Positions 1-8,981 of a DNA stretch of 43,324 bases are shown here, piece after piece (positions within the stretch are counted from its first letter, which is position 1; every line of letters starts with the position of its first letter). The translations under genes were made by a program, and so were the position numbers. The notes beneath the pieces are model-generated. The model did no database searches. It was not told where the DNA came from and worked only from the letters and a program-made list of their open reading frames with translations. The stretch comes from an uncultured Rhodobacterales bacterium (GTDB lineage Bacteria > Pseudomonadota > Alphaproteobacteria > Rhodobacterales > Rhodobacteraceae), in contig CAYYOE010000001.1 in the NCBI GenBank assembly GCA_964473055.1, positions 1-43,324 on the forward strand, in the 5' to 3' direction.

Positions 1-576
1 CAGGAAGCCCTGGAAGAAGCGGTGCTTCAGCCCCTGCGGACCGGCCGGAAAGCCGAACTTGCGCTCGCCGGTCGCGGCATTGACCGCCGTGACCCATTCG
101 ATCAGCTGGTCATAGGTCAGCGCATTCAGGTCGGCGCCCGCGGGCAGGTGTTCCAGCGCCTTGCGGTTGGCGGCCATCAGATAGGTGGCCTGCATCCAGG
201 GCACATACTTCTGCTCGTCGGTGCCGAGCTTGCCCAGTTCGATCATCGCCGCGCCGATCCCGTCGAGATCGAGCGAGGACAGGTCCACAAGGCCACCGTC
301 CAGCCCCGAGATGTCGCCGTGCAGCCCGCCCAGCACCGTGATCGACCCCGACCCGGCCTGCATCTCGGCCTGGATACGCGTCAGCCAGGGGCCGTTGTCC
401 ATGCCCTGGTAGTCCACGCCGCCGGGAAAGCCCGCCAGCACCTGCTCGCGCATGGCCTGGCTTTCCTCGACCGGCTTGGCCTGGGTCGACCAGAACAGCG
501 CCTCGGCGCTGGCCGCGGCCGGCACCATGGCGATGCTCGCCAGCGCGAGCGCCCGGAACGTCTGTTTCCTATGCAT
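1..576 (-). CDS. ABC transporter periplasmic sugar-binding protein (family-1 SBP), N-terminal 192 codons only; the gene runs off the left edge
   Basis: Absent from the ORF track because it has no stop in the window. The reverse strand from ATG at 576..574 reads MHRKQTFRALALASIAMVPAAASAEALFWSTQAKPVEESQAMREQVLAGFPGGVDYQGMDNGPW..., a signal peptide followed by an SBP-like mature part. A GGGAGG Shine-Dalgarno lies at complement 588..583, 6 nt before the ATG. The frame stays open to position 1. It sits 51 bp downstream of a LacI regulator. Confidence 0.75.
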   Translation of the reverse strand, partial: MHRKQTFRALALASIAMVPAAASAEALFWSTQAKPVEESQAMREQVLAGFPGGVDYQGMDNGPWLTRIQAEMQAGSGSITVLGGLHGDISGLDGGLVDLSSLDLDGIGAAMIELGKLGTDEQKYVPWMQATYLMAANRKALEHLPAGADLNALTYDQLIEWVTAVNAATGERKFGFPAGPQGLKHRFFQGFL

Positions 577-627
577 CCTATGCCTCCCTTGGTTCTTGAT
601 GCGGTCGTCTTGTCTTGGGTCGTATCG

Positions 628-1653
628 TCAGGGTCTCGCCGGGCCATGCGTGGCGCGCGGGATGAATCGGGGCGGAATCAGCCGGTGCTCCGGGGCTGAG
701 CCCGGCGCATCCATGCGCGCCAGCAGCATCCCCGCCAGCGCCCGCGCCGACCCCAGCGTGTCGACGTCGAAGGTCGTCAGCGCGGGGCGGGCGTGGGCGG
801 CCGAGGCGATGTTGTCGTAGCCGACCACCGACAGGTCGTCCGGCACGCGAAGGCCGATGTCGGCGGCGACGTCGAGAACCGCCAGCGCCAGCCCGTCGAA
901 CAGGCACATCACTGCCGTCGGCCGGTCTGGCGCCGTCAGCAGCGCCCGGATCGCTGCATCCCGTGCGATCATGTCGTGGCGCGGCGATGTGGCGACCGCC
1001 AGTCGCGCATCGGTGCCCGCCATCGCCCTGCGCAGGCCCTCGGTTCGATGGGTGCGGAAGGTCATCGGCTCGTCGATCGACACCAGCCCGAACCGACGGT
1101 GGCCCAGCCCGTGCAAAAGGCGGAACCCGTCGGCAAAGGCCGCCGCGCCGTCGGTGTCCAGCCAGTCGAAGGGCGCCGGGTCGGCGGCAACACGGCCATG
1201 GGTGACGAAGGGGAACCCCACGGACAACAGGTAATCCACCCGCGGATCGTCAGGCGTGGTGCGCCCCAGCACCAGCGCATCGGCGCGGCGCGAAGTGACG
1301 ATGTTTCGAATGATGCCCAGTTCGGCCGCGCCTTCGGGAACGAAGGCGAGGAACAGATCAACGCCCCCGGTGGACAACCCCTGCCCCAGCCCCTGCACGA
1401 ACTCGCCCAGATAGCTGTGCTCGCGGCCGTAGCCGGGATCCTGCATGACCAGACCCACGAACCCCGATCCCTTGCCGCTGACCAGCGCCCGCGCCGCGCG
1501 GTTGGGCACATAGCCCGCCGCGCGCGCTGCCGCCTCGACCCGTTCGCGGGTTTCCAGCGATATTCTCGGATGACCGGCCAAGGCGCGCGACACGGTCGCG
1601 GGCGACACGCCCAGACCGCGCGCAAGCGATTTCAGGGTGCTTCCCCCGTCCAT
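628..1653 (-). CDS. LacI family transcriptional regulator
   Basis: ORF 628..1722 carries an N-terminal HTH (TLKSLARGLGVSPATVSRALAGHPRISLETRERVEAAARAAGYVPNRAARAL) followed by a periplasmic-binding-fold sugar sensor domain. The start was trimmed to MDGGSTLK (1653), giving the usual immediate N-terminal HTH. Confidence 0.9.
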   Translation of the reverse strand: MDGGSTLKSLARGLGVSPATVSRALAGHPRISLETRERVEAAARAAGYVPNRAARALVSGKGSGFVGLVMQDPGYGREHSYLGEFVQGLGQGLSTGGVDLFLAFVPEGAAELGIIRNIVTSRRADALVLGRTTPDDPRVDYLLSVGFPFVTHGRVAADPAPFDWLDTDGAAAFADGFRLLHGLGHRRFGLVSIDEPMTFRTHRTEGLRRAMAGTDARLAVATSPRHDMIARDAAIRALLTAPDRPTAVMCLFDGLALAVLDVAADIGLRVPDDLSVVGYDNIASAAHARPALTTFDVDTLGSARALAGMLLARMDAPGSAPEHRLIPPRFIPRATHGPARP

Positions 1654-1704
1654 CAGCCAATGATCCTCCCGCTTGCCGTCTGGTGCGGCCGGGCATTTGC
1701 CCTG

Positions 1705-1724
1705 TTGTGCAAACGCTAGCACAA
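1705..1724. promoter_or_regulatory. Candidate LacI-type operator (inverted repeat TTGTGC-AAACGCTA-GCACAA)
   Basis: Perfect 6-bp arms around a CG-centred core (TGCAAACGCTAGCA) resemble the generic LacI/GalR operator TGnAAnCGnTTnCA. It lies about 50 bp upstream of the LacI regulator start. Confidence 0.45.
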
Positions 1725-1736
1725 GCTATCCGAGTC

Positions 1737-1752
1737 GCGCAAGCGTTTGCGC
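1737..1752. promoter_or_regulatory. Second candidate LacI-type operator (GCGCAAGCGTTTGCGC)
   Basis: A 16-bp palindrome with 14 of 16 positions symmetric and a CG centre, 13 bp from the first site. Confidence 0.4.
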
Positions 1753-1822
1753 AACACACCCGCGGCGCGCAAAATGCCGAAGGGCTGGGCTCACCCCGCC
1801 ACCCGGAACGGTCAGGACAATG

Positions 1823-3133
1823 TCAGGCGGTGCGACCCGGGCGCAGCCCGCCCAAAGCGGGCGGCTTGGGGCCGCCGGTGGCCCAGTCCAGAAGTTCGAC
1901 CGTGTGCACGACGGGGATGCCTGTGCCCGACCCGATCTGCATCATGCAGCCGATGTTGCCCGCAGCGATCACATCAGGCGCGCGGGCTTCCAGCGTCGCC
2001 ACCTTGCGCCGCTTGAGTTCGCCCGAGATCTCGGGCTGCATCAAGTTGTAGGTCCCCGCCGACCCACAGCACAGGTGGCTGTCGGCAGGTTCGACCACGG
2101 TGAAACCCGCGGATTTGAGCAGGTCCTTGGGTGCGGACTTGATCTTCTGCCCATGCTGCAGCGAACAGGCCGCGTGATAGGCCACCCGCAACGGTTCAGG
2201 CGCGCGTCCCCGAGGCGCAAGCTGCACCAGCACCTCGGACACGTCGCGCGCCAGCCCTGCAACGGTGGCGGCATCCTCGGCAAGCCGCGGGTCGGTGCGG
2301 AACATGTGGCCGTAATGCTTGACCGTGGTCCCGCAGCCGGACGTGTTGATGACGATGGCGTCCAGCCCGCCCGCCCGGTGTTCCGCCATGAAGGCGCGGA
2401 TGTTGGCCGCGGCACTGGCGTGGGCCGGGCCCTCCTGCCCCATGTGGTGGGTCAGCGCGCCGCAGCAGCCCATGCCGCGCGGCACCACGACCTCGGCCCC
2501 AAGTCGCGTCAAGAGGCGGATCGTGGCATCGTTGATGTCGGTATTCAGCGCCTTCTGCGCGCAGCCGGTCATCAACGCTACCCGCATCCGCCTTGGCGCC
2601 TGCGCCGCAAACGTCTGCGGATCGTCGTTGCGGCTGACCGGCGGAATCACATCGGGCGCCATCACGAGCATCGCGCGCAGGCGCGCGTCAGGCACAAGCC
2701 GCGCGAAGGGCCGCCCGATCCGCGCCAGAAGCAGCGCTACCCGGAACCGCCCCGGATGCGGGATCACCCGTGCCAGAACCCAGCGCAGGGCACGTTCCAC
2801 CGGCGGGCGGCGATAGGTCTTTTCGATGTGCGCGCGCGCATGGTCGACAAGGTGCATGTAGTGCACGCCCGACGGGCAGGTGGTCATGCAGGCCAGGCAC
2901 GACAGGCAGCGGTCGATATGCAGCACCGTGCGCGCATCGGCAGGACGCCCGGATTCAAGCATGTCCTTGATCAGGTAGATGCGCCCGCGCGGGGAATCGA
3001 GTTCGTCGCCGAGGATCTGGTAGGTCGGGCAGGTTGCCGTGCACATTCCGCAATGGACACAGGCGCGCAGCACCTCGTTCGATCGCCGGAGCGCGGGGTC
3101 CTGCAACTGTTCGGCCGTGAAGTTCGTCTGCAT
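1823..3133 (-). CDS. glcF: Glycolate oxidase iron-sulfur subunit-like protein (4Fe-4S dicluster plus two CCG domains)
   Basis: Contains CVHCGMCTATCP and CLSCLACMTTCP ferredoxin motifs and C-terminal CCG-type motifs (GCCGALTHHMG, LCCGSAGTYN), with the overall GlcF layout. The start was trimmed to MQTNFTAEQL (3133), which has a GAGGG-like Shine-Dalgarno. No glcD or glcE is adjacent. Confidence 0.8.
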   Translation of the reverse strand: MQTNFTAEQLQDPALRRSNEVLRACVHCGMCTATCPTYQILGDELDSPRGRIYLIKDMLESGRPADARTVLHIDRCLSCLACMTTCPSGVHYMHLVDHARAHIEKTYRRPPVERALRWVLARVIPHPGRFRVALLLARIGRPFARLVPDARLRAMLVMAPDVIPPVSRNDDPQTFAAQAPRRMRVALMTGCAQKALNTDINDATIRLLTRLGAEVVVPRGMGCCGALTHHMGQEGPAHASAAANIRAFMAEHRAGGLDAIVINTSGCGTTVKHYGHMFRTDPRLAEDAATVAGLARDVSEVLVQLAPRGRAPEPLRVAYHAACSLQHGQKIKSAPKDLLKSAGFTVVEPADSHLCCGSAGTYNLMQPEISGELKRRKVATLEARAPDVIAAGNIGCMMQIGSGTGIPVVHTVELLDWATGGPKPPALGGLRPGRTA

Positions 3134-3360
3134 CCCTCGCCCCTTCGGCGCAATCACTGCATCAGGCAGCACAGCCGCCGCTTCGGACATGAGGCACAGG
3201 CGCGCATCCCACGCGACCAGCAAACCCATCCGAGGCGCCGGAAATGGTCGATACCGGACCTCATTCACCCGCGCTTCGGGACGCCCATAGATACGTTTGA
3301 CAGTCGCCCGGTCCTGTGGCAATCGCTGCGGCTGGATTCCAACCCTTCAAGAGGACGGTC

Positions 3361-3681
3361 ATGGCAAACCCGGAATGGGGCACGAAGCGGCTCTGCCCGA
3401 CCACGGGCCAACGGTTCTACGATCTGGGAAAGACACCGATCGTCAGCCCCTACACGGGCGAAGTGGTCACGCTCGAAACCGGGCCGCGCGGACGAGTGGC
3501 GATTCCCGAAAAGGTTCGTGCCGCGCCGCCGGTCGATGACGATCTGGTGGTCGAGGACGATACGATCGAGGATGACTCGGAGGATGTCGAAATCGAGGAT
3601 GAACTCCTCGACGATGACGACGACGACAGCGTTTCGCTCGACGAAATCGCTGATGTCAGCGGAGACGACGAGGACGTTTGA
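3361..3681 (+). CDS. TIGR02300 (FYDLN_acid) family protein
   Basis: MANPEWGTKRLCPTTGQRFYDLGKTPIVSPYTGEVV followed by a strongly acidic tail (EDDTIEDDSEDVEIEDELLDDDDDD). This is the FYDL motif plus acidic C-terminus typical of the family. The start was trimmed from 3316 to 3361. Confidence 0.8.
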   Translation: MANPEWGTKRLCPTTGQRFYDLGKTPIVSPYTGEVVTLETGPRGRVAIPEKVRAAPPVDDDLVVEDDTIEDDSEDVEIEDELLDDDDDDSVSLDEIADVSGDDEDV

Positions 3682-3803
3682 TCGCTGCTTGTCGGCTGGT
3701 CGCTGATACGGCCTGGAACGGCCCGGAGTTTTCCACTTGAATCCTTCGGGCCCTTCAAATAACGACACGACGTCGGGCAGTTCCTGCCCGGTTCCCAAGG
3801 TTC

Positions 3804-3879
<76 letters not shown>

Positions 3880-3952
3880 AACCCGGATTGTAAGTATCTA
3901 GCATAAAGTGATATTTCCTGACCGCTCGGGGTTCCTCCCATCATTCCTGCCA

Positions 3953-4200
3953 TCACCGCGGATGGCTGCGGCGAATTCGGCGAACGTCTCCGAGCAGAGT
4001 TGATCTGAAGCCACGTTGGCCACGCATGTCGAGTGCTGTCGGCAAGGTGCGGTTCATCTGCTTCTCGCCACTTTCGGTCAGCATGGGTTGCGATGGCAGG
4101 CGGTTGTGTCCATCTCTCCAAGTGCGTCTGTGCGCCCCAGCTATCTGAACCAGGGGACCCGGAAGGTTTAGGTTGGCAATGGCATGCGTGCGAGCGTGTC
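3953..4200 (-). pseudogene. Possible tyrosine (P4-like) integrase C-terminal remnant
   Basis: The reverse-strand frame reads ...RLPSQPMLTESGEKQMNRTLPTALDMRGQRGFRSTLLGDV.... This resembles the conserved VFPS...G.PMS...L..AL.RMG...T.HGFRSTFRDW block of P4-type integrases. It is short, lacks the N-terminal part and sits directly next to the tRNA 3' end. The similarity is weak and judged by eye only. Confidence 0.3.
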
Positions 4201-4273
4201 CTGTGAGGGTTAGCGTCCGAGGGCCTGGTGTTATTTCGTCACCGCTGGCGGTGTGATCCTGGGTGGCCATTGA

Positions 4274-4681
4274 GGTGAATGGTCGGACCAGCCCCGCATG
4301 ACGACCGACCTCGCGCTGCAGGCCCTGCTTGGTGCTGTTTGGCGGCGCAGGCCCAAGACCAAGGTGATGATACATTCCGACCAGGGATCGGGGTTCACCA
4401 GCCGCGAGTGGCAGGTGTTCCTCGGCCAGCACAATCTCGAGGCCAGCATGAGCCGCCGCGGCGGCTGCCACGACAACGCAGTGGCAGAAGGCTGCTTCCA
4501 GCTCCTGAAGCGGGAGCGCATCCGCCGCCGCACCTACCTGACCTGCGACGCCGCAAGGCAGGACGTGTTCGACTAAATCGAGGTGTTCTACAACCCGAAG
4601 CGCAAGCACACGAACAACGGCATGCTGTCGCCCATTGACGTCGAAGTCCGACAGCAGAACCTGAGCGCGCCAGGTGTCTAG
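4274..4681 (+). pseudogene. IS3-family transposase (OrfB, rve/DDE domain) remnant: N-terminally truncated with an internal stop
   Basis: GEWSDQPRMTTDLALQALLGAVWRRRPKTKVMIHSDQGSGFTSREWQVFLGQHNLEASMSRRGGCHDNAVAEGCFQLLKRERI...DVFD*IEVFYNPKRKHTNNGMLSPIDVE. This matches the conserved IS3 integrase core (HSDqGsqFTS, SMSR.G.C.DNA.AE.FF..LK.E, Y.E.FYN..R.H). An in-frame TAA at 4574..4576 replaces the usual Tyr, and an in-frame TGA at 4271 sits upstream. A probable IS end (..GGGGCACCTCA) lies near 4699. Confidence 0.8.
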
Positions 4682-4730
4682 AAAACTAGGGGCACCTCAG
4701 TCCCGTGTTCGCGCAGAAACCGCGCTGGGA

Positions 4731-5195
4731 TCAGAAGGCAAGCACCCGAACCTGAAGGACAGGCGCGACCTGGGTGAACATCACCCAGAACACGGCGCCG
4801 CATAGGACCACGATCGGCACGACGATCTTCGCCGCGGCCAACGGACGCGGTGCCAGTACGGTCATCCCGACGCCCAGCATCAGGACGGTCGACACCACAA
4901 GACCGAGCTTGCGCACCATCCAGAAGTAGACAAGCCCCCAGATGACTGCCCCCGCCACAGGCAAAAGCTTCACCGCTTCGGTTCGCGCGTCCTGCGGTCG
5001 GCGCAGGCCCGCCCACAGCATCACGAGGGCCGCCGGCAGGATTGACCAGAAGGCAAGCGATGGCACCAGCGCCGGCCCGCCGCCCGGTCCGGACCGCCAG
5101 CGCCCGGTCTCGACATGCCAGAGCCCCAGGCAGGCGAAGGCAACCAGCGCCAGTGCGGCCGCCACGAAACGCGGATCGATCGGGTCGCGTGCCAT
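4731..5195 (-). CDS. tctB: Tripartite tricarboxylate transporter small membrane subunit (TctB family)
   Basis: A 154-aa protein with about four TM helices, starting 3 nt after the tctA stop. Size and position fit TctB. Confidence 0.75.
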   Translation of the reverse strand: MARDPIDPRFVAAALALVAFACLGLWHVETGRWRSGPGGGPALVPSLAFWSILPAALVMLWAGLRRPQDARTEAVKLLPVAGAVIWGLVYFWMVRKLGLVVSTVLMLGVGMTVLAPRPLAAAKIVVPIVVLCGAVFWVMFTQVAPVLQVRVLAF

Positions 5196-5198
5196 GGT

Positions 5199-6713
5199 TC
5201 AGCCCTTTCGTGTGGCCCAGAAGAACAGCACCACCACCAGTGTGCCGACGACATAGGTCCCCACCGCCAACTGGCTTTGCACCAGATAGGTCCAGTCGTT
5301 CTGCCCAAGCAGCAGCGCCTGCCGCAGGGCCCGCTCCAGCCCCGGCCCGAGGATGAAGCCAAGGGCCAGCGCGGGGATGGGGATGCCGAACATCCGCAGA
5401 AGCACGCCAAAGACGCCCGCCAGCATCAGCATCCAGACGTCCGTCACCGAGTTCGAGGTTGCATAGGTGCCAAGGATCGCCAGCGCGACCACGGTCGGCA
5501 GCACGAAATGCGGCGGGATCATCGCGATGCGCGCATATTGCGGCAAAAGCGCCTTGCTGATCGCGAGGTTGGCCAGCGTGCCGAAGATCAACAGCATGAA
5601 GATCGCATAGATCACCGGCATGTTCTGTTCGATCATGTTCGGCCCCGGGCTGATGCCCTGCATGATGAAGGCCGCCCCGATCAGCGCCGCCGACCCGCTG
5701 CCTGGAATGCCGAATGAAAAAAGCGGGATCAGGGTCGCGCCTGCGGTGGCGCTGTTGCCGGCTTCAGGCGCGGCGATCCCTTCCATCGAGCCCTTGCCGA
5801 AGGCGTCGGGCCGGCTGGAGATGCGTTTCGCGAGACCCCAGCTCAGAAACCCCGCCAGCGTTGCCCCCGCCCCGGGCAGCGCGCCGATGAACGTGCCGGT
5901 GGAACTGCCGACCAGCGATGCGCGCCACAGCGAACGGTATTCCGCCCAGCCCAGCCGGTCGGTCCGACGGTCGTATCCGGCCGAGGTGGCCAGCGACGCG
6001 ATCCGATCTGCCTCGGCCCGCGTGCGTCCCGCCCAGATCCGTGCGATCTGGATGAAGATCTCGGACAGCGCAAAGAGCCCGATCAACAGCGGCACGAGGC
6101 CGATACCGCCCGCCAGTTCGGGGATGCCGAAGGTATAGCGCTGCCCGCCGGTAAACGGATCGCGCCCAACCATGGAAATCAGGACCCCGATCGAGGCTGC
6201 GGCGAAACCGCGGGCGATGCGGCCCTTGTCCAGTACGGCGATCACGATGATCGACACGAGATACAGGGCGAACAGCTCGCGCGGGCCGAACTTCAGCGCG
6301 AAATACGCCAGTGGGGTGGCGATGAAGATCAGCATCATCACCCCGAAGAAGTCGCCGAAAACCGAGGAATAGAGGGCAACGTGCAGCCCTGCGTTGGGAC
6401 GGCCTGCCTGCTTTGCCGGATAGCCGTCGATGACCGTGGCCGCCGCCCCCGGGGTGCCCGGCACGCCGAACATGATCGCCGAGATCGAGCCGCCGAACAG
6501 GCCGCCCTTGTAGATGCCCATGAGCATCCCGATGGCCGAGGCGGTATCCATGGTGAAGACGAAGGGCAGCAGCACTGCCATCGCCATGTCGCCAGAGATG
6601 CCCGGCACGGCGCCCACGGTGACACCCAGGAAAACGCCGAAGGCAACCGCGAGCAGCACCTCGGGCTGCATCGCGATGTCGAAAGCCAGAGGAAGGACTT
6701 CGGTCAATAGCAC
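5199..6713 (-). CDS. tctA: Tripartite tricarboxylate transporter large permease (TctA family)
   Basis: A 504-aa polytopic protein. The N-terminus LLTEVLPLAFDIAMQPEVLLAVAFGVFLGVTVGAVPGISG and the internal GALPGAGATLAGFLSW and APEAGNSA motifs are typical of TctA. It uses a GTG start at 6713. Confidence 0.93.
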   Translation of the reverse strand: MLLTEVLPLAFDIAMQPEVLLAVAFGVFLGVTVGAVPGISGDMAMAVLLPFVFTMDTASAIGMLMGIYKGGLFGGSISAIMFGVPGTPGAAATVIDGYPAKQAGRPNAGLHVALYSSVFGDFFGVMMLIFIATPLAYFALKFGPRELFALYLVSIIVIAVLDKGRIARGFAAASIGVLISMVGRDPFTGGQRYTFGIPELAGGIGLVPLLIGLFALSEIFIQIARIWAGRTRAEADRIASLATSAGYDRRTDRLGWAEYRSLWRASLVGSSTGTFIGALPGAGATLAGFLSWGLAKRISSRPDAFGKGSMEGIAAPEAGNSATAGATLIPLFSFGIPGSGSAALIGAAFIMQGISPGPNMIEQNMPVIYAIFMLLIFGTLANLAISKALLPQYARIAMIPPHFVLPTVVALAILGTYATSNSVTDVWMLMLAGVFGVLLRMFGIPIPALALGFILGPGLERALRQALLLGQNDWTYLVQSQLAVGTYVVGTLVVVLFFWATRKG

Positions 6714-6764
6714 CGGCAGGCCCTCATTCGGTGGTCAGGGGCAAACACCAGGACAGCGCTTGAA

Positions 6765-6791
6765 GGCGCCCGTGCAGGTGGCACGGGCGCC
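6765..6791. other. Perfect 11-bp-stem hairpin between tctC and tctA (GGCGCCCGTGC-aggtg-GCACGGGCGCC)
   Basis: Read directly from the sequence. It has no U-tract, so it is more likely an intercistronic mRNA stabiliser or attenuator than a full terminator. Confidence 0.5.
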
Positions 6792-6823
6792 AAGGTCTAC
6801 CCCGGCGATCCGGGTCGGCAGCG

Positions 6824-7774
6824 CTATTGCTGCACGCTTGCCAGCGTGTCGCGCACCACCTCGAGGGTCGCATCATAGATCTCCTGCACGCCGTCCGCGC
6901 GTGAGATCGGGCGGGCGTCCACCCGGGCCTGCGCGGCCAGTTCCTGCCCACGCTCGCTGGCATAGGCAGCTGCGATCCCTTCGGACAGCATCTCGACGAT
7001 TTCGTCCGGCACTTCGGCGGTGGCGAAGATCGTGTACCAGACCGGCATCACCACATCGTGGCCGAGTTCGGCCAGGGTGGGCGTGTCGGGCAGGCTGGGC
7101 ACGCGCTCGGCCGAGGCGACGGCGAGCGGCATCACGTCACCGGCCTCGTAGGCCGAGGCGATGGTGGTGGGCGTGGTCACCGCAACCGGAACGGTGCCGC
7201 CAAGAAGGAACTGGAGCGTCTCGCCACCGCCCGAGGTGGGCACCTGGTTAGTGGTAAAGCCCGCCAGTTCCTGCAGACGCAAAAGCGGCAGATGGCTGGA
7301 GCTCAGATAGGTGCCATGGGTGATCGGCACGCCGCCCGGGTTGGCCATTGCCGCAGCTATGAAGCCTTCGACATCGTCGAAGGGCGCATCGGACCGGGCG
7401 ACGAAGGTGGGCGCGATCTCGGTCACCTGCACCAGTGGCACCCAGTCCTCGGGGCCGTAGGGTGTGTCTTCAAGAAGCGGCAGAGTGATCAGCGGGCCAT
7501 AGTCCGAGATGATCAGCGTGTAGCCATCGCCGCCGTTCTGCAGAACGAAACTCGCAGAATCGAGCCCGCCGGCGCCGGGCATGTTCACCACCTCGACCCG
7601 CTGACCGAGATGCTCTTCTCCGACCGCGGCCAGAATGCGCGCGGCGATGTCGATGCCGCCGCCGGCACCATAGGGGGTCACCACGCGGATCGGACCGTCC
7701 GAGGGGAAATCGGCCGCCGCTGCACCGGCCACCAGCCCCAGGGCGGCCGCGCATCCAAGAACTCTCGTTTTCAT
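6824..7774 (-). CDS. tctC: Tripartite tricarboxylate transporter substrate-binding protein (TctC/Bug family)
   Basis: MKTRVLGCAAALGLVAGAAAADFPSDGPIRVVTPYGAGGGIDIAARIL... is a signal peptide plus the Bug-family motif (P...GG..D...R). The start was trimmed to 7774, which has a GGGAGAG Shine-Dalgarno upstream. Confidence 0.9.
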   Translation of the reverse strand: MKTRVLGCAAALGLVAGAAAADFPSDGPIRVVTPYGAGGGIDIAARILAAVGEEHLGQRVEVVNMPGAGGLDSASFVLQNGGDGYTLIISDYGPLITLPLLEDTPYGPEDWVPLVQVTEIAPTFVARSDAPFDDVEGFIAAAMANPGGVPITHGTYLSSSHLPLLRLQELAGFTTNQVPTSGGGETLQFLLGGTVPVAVTTPTTIASAYEAGDVMPLAVASAERVPSLPDTPTLAELGHDVVMPVWYTIFATAEVPDEIVEMLSEGIAAAYASERGQELAAQARVDARPISRADGVQEIYDATLEVVRDTLASVQQ

Positions 7775-8375
7775 TGCATCTCTCCCTCGATTGTCTTCCG
7801 GGTGCGTTGTCGGTTTGCGACTTGTTCGCCCTACGCACACTTGTTCACTATTGGCGCAACCCGGCGCGAGGTCAAGGAAAAGCCCATTGCTGCCGCATCC
7901 CGGATGGGCACGCGGCACTCGGTAGATTGCCCCATCACTTCAATGATCTTGGCGGCTTTCGCTCCACCGATGGAGCCGTTCCGGCAGGCGCGCGACTTCT
8001 GGACCCGGCCGGGCCTTGTGCCCCGGAAGTATTCGAACGGTGGCAAGCCGGGGCTCTGCCCCCTGAGGACTGGACCGCTTGAAGCTGGAGTTTTCCGCTA
8101 CATGTCCCTTGAGACCCTCGCACGAGTCACCGAAAATCCAATCGCCAGGCTGCCCGCCGTGCCGACCCGATCAGTTTCGAACCTCTCCGAGGGTCGGCGC
8201 TCCTGCACAATCCGGCGGGACACTACCTCGGGCAAGTCCACGCTATGTCGTCGGGGAGCGACAGCATCATCAGAGCTATCACGGTGCAGTCACAATTCCT
8301 GACTATCCCTCAAGAACCTTGAAAGCGCGTCAGCGCACCACTATGCATGCCGGACTGACGAGCCATGTGAGTTCC

Positions 8376-8981
8376 ATGACCAAAGCCACGTTCCCGCTCA
8401 AGCCATCGTCTCGGATCACCCACCACGGCGCACGTCTGCGCCATGCCCGGCTGATGAAGGGCTTCACGCTGCGCCAGTTGGCCGAGATCGTGGATTGTTC
8501 AGAGAGCATGATTTCGAAACTCGAGAACAGCCGCCTGTCGCCGTCCCTGGCCATGTTGCACCGGCTTGCCGATGCTCTGGAGACGACGGTTCCCGATCTC
8601 CTGATCCTTGGCAGCAATGCCGACGAGCCGCCAGTTACCGTCTTTCCGCCGGGCCGTTTCGACAGGGTTCCGTCCGAGGAAGACACCGATGGCAAGCTGG
8701 TCTGGTTCGACCGGATCCTGCCGTTCGACCGCAACGGCCTGCTGCAGCTGCAGATACTGCACCTGCTGCCGGGGGCCGAACAGCCTCGGTTCCTGCGCCA
8801 CGAGGGCGAGGAGTTCATCTTCATCCTGGATGGCACGCTGGACGTGATCATCGAGGAAGAGGTCCACGCGGTGCCCGCCGGGGGCGCGATCTACTTCAAG
8901 TCGACCCTGGATCACCGGTACGGCAACTCCGGCGATACCGTCGTCCGGGCACTCTGGGTCAACACGCCGCCGACGATGTAG
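8376..8981 (+). CDS. XRE-family HTH plus cupin-domain transcriptional regulator
   Basis: GARLRHARLMKGFTLRQLAEIVDCSESMISKLENSRLSPSLAMLHRLADALETTV is an HTH_3 domain. The C-terminal part (HEGEEFIFILDGTLDVIIEEEVHAVPAGGAIYFKSTLDHRY) is a cupin fold. The start is ambiguous between ATG 8343 and ATG 8376. Confidence 0.85.
   Translation: MTKATFPLKPSSRITHHGARLRHARLMKGFTLRQLAEIVDCSESMISKLENSRLSPSLAMLHRLADALETTVPDLLILGSNADEPPVTVFPPGRFDRVPSEEDTDGKLVWFDRILPFDRNGLLQLQILHLLPGAEQPRFLRHEGEEFIFILDGTLDVIIEEEVHAVPAGGAIYFKSTLDHRYGNSGDTVVRALWVNTPPTM

Noticed and set aside
3361-3470. Loss of the zinc-ribbon cysteines in the TIGR02300 protein (CPTTG...SPYTG instead of CPxCG...CPxCG)
   Set aside because: I believe alphaproteobacterial members of this family commonly lack these Cys, so this is probably lineage-typical rather than a novelty. 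I cannot verify that without an alignment.
1673-3706. A 677-aa plus-strand ORF overlapping glcF and the TIGR02300 gene
   Set aside because: Arg/His/Pro-rich low-complexity translation, antisense to a well-supported GlcF-like gene. No recognisable domain.
7955-7985. A possible distal att repeat of the tRNA-Ala 3' end (GATC...GCTCCACC), which would delimit a 4-kb islet containing the tctCAB genes
   Set aside because: Only an 8-mer (GCTCCACC) plus a displaced GATC match, and the spacing differs (12 versus 7 nt). A chance match is expected about once in 43 kb over both strands.
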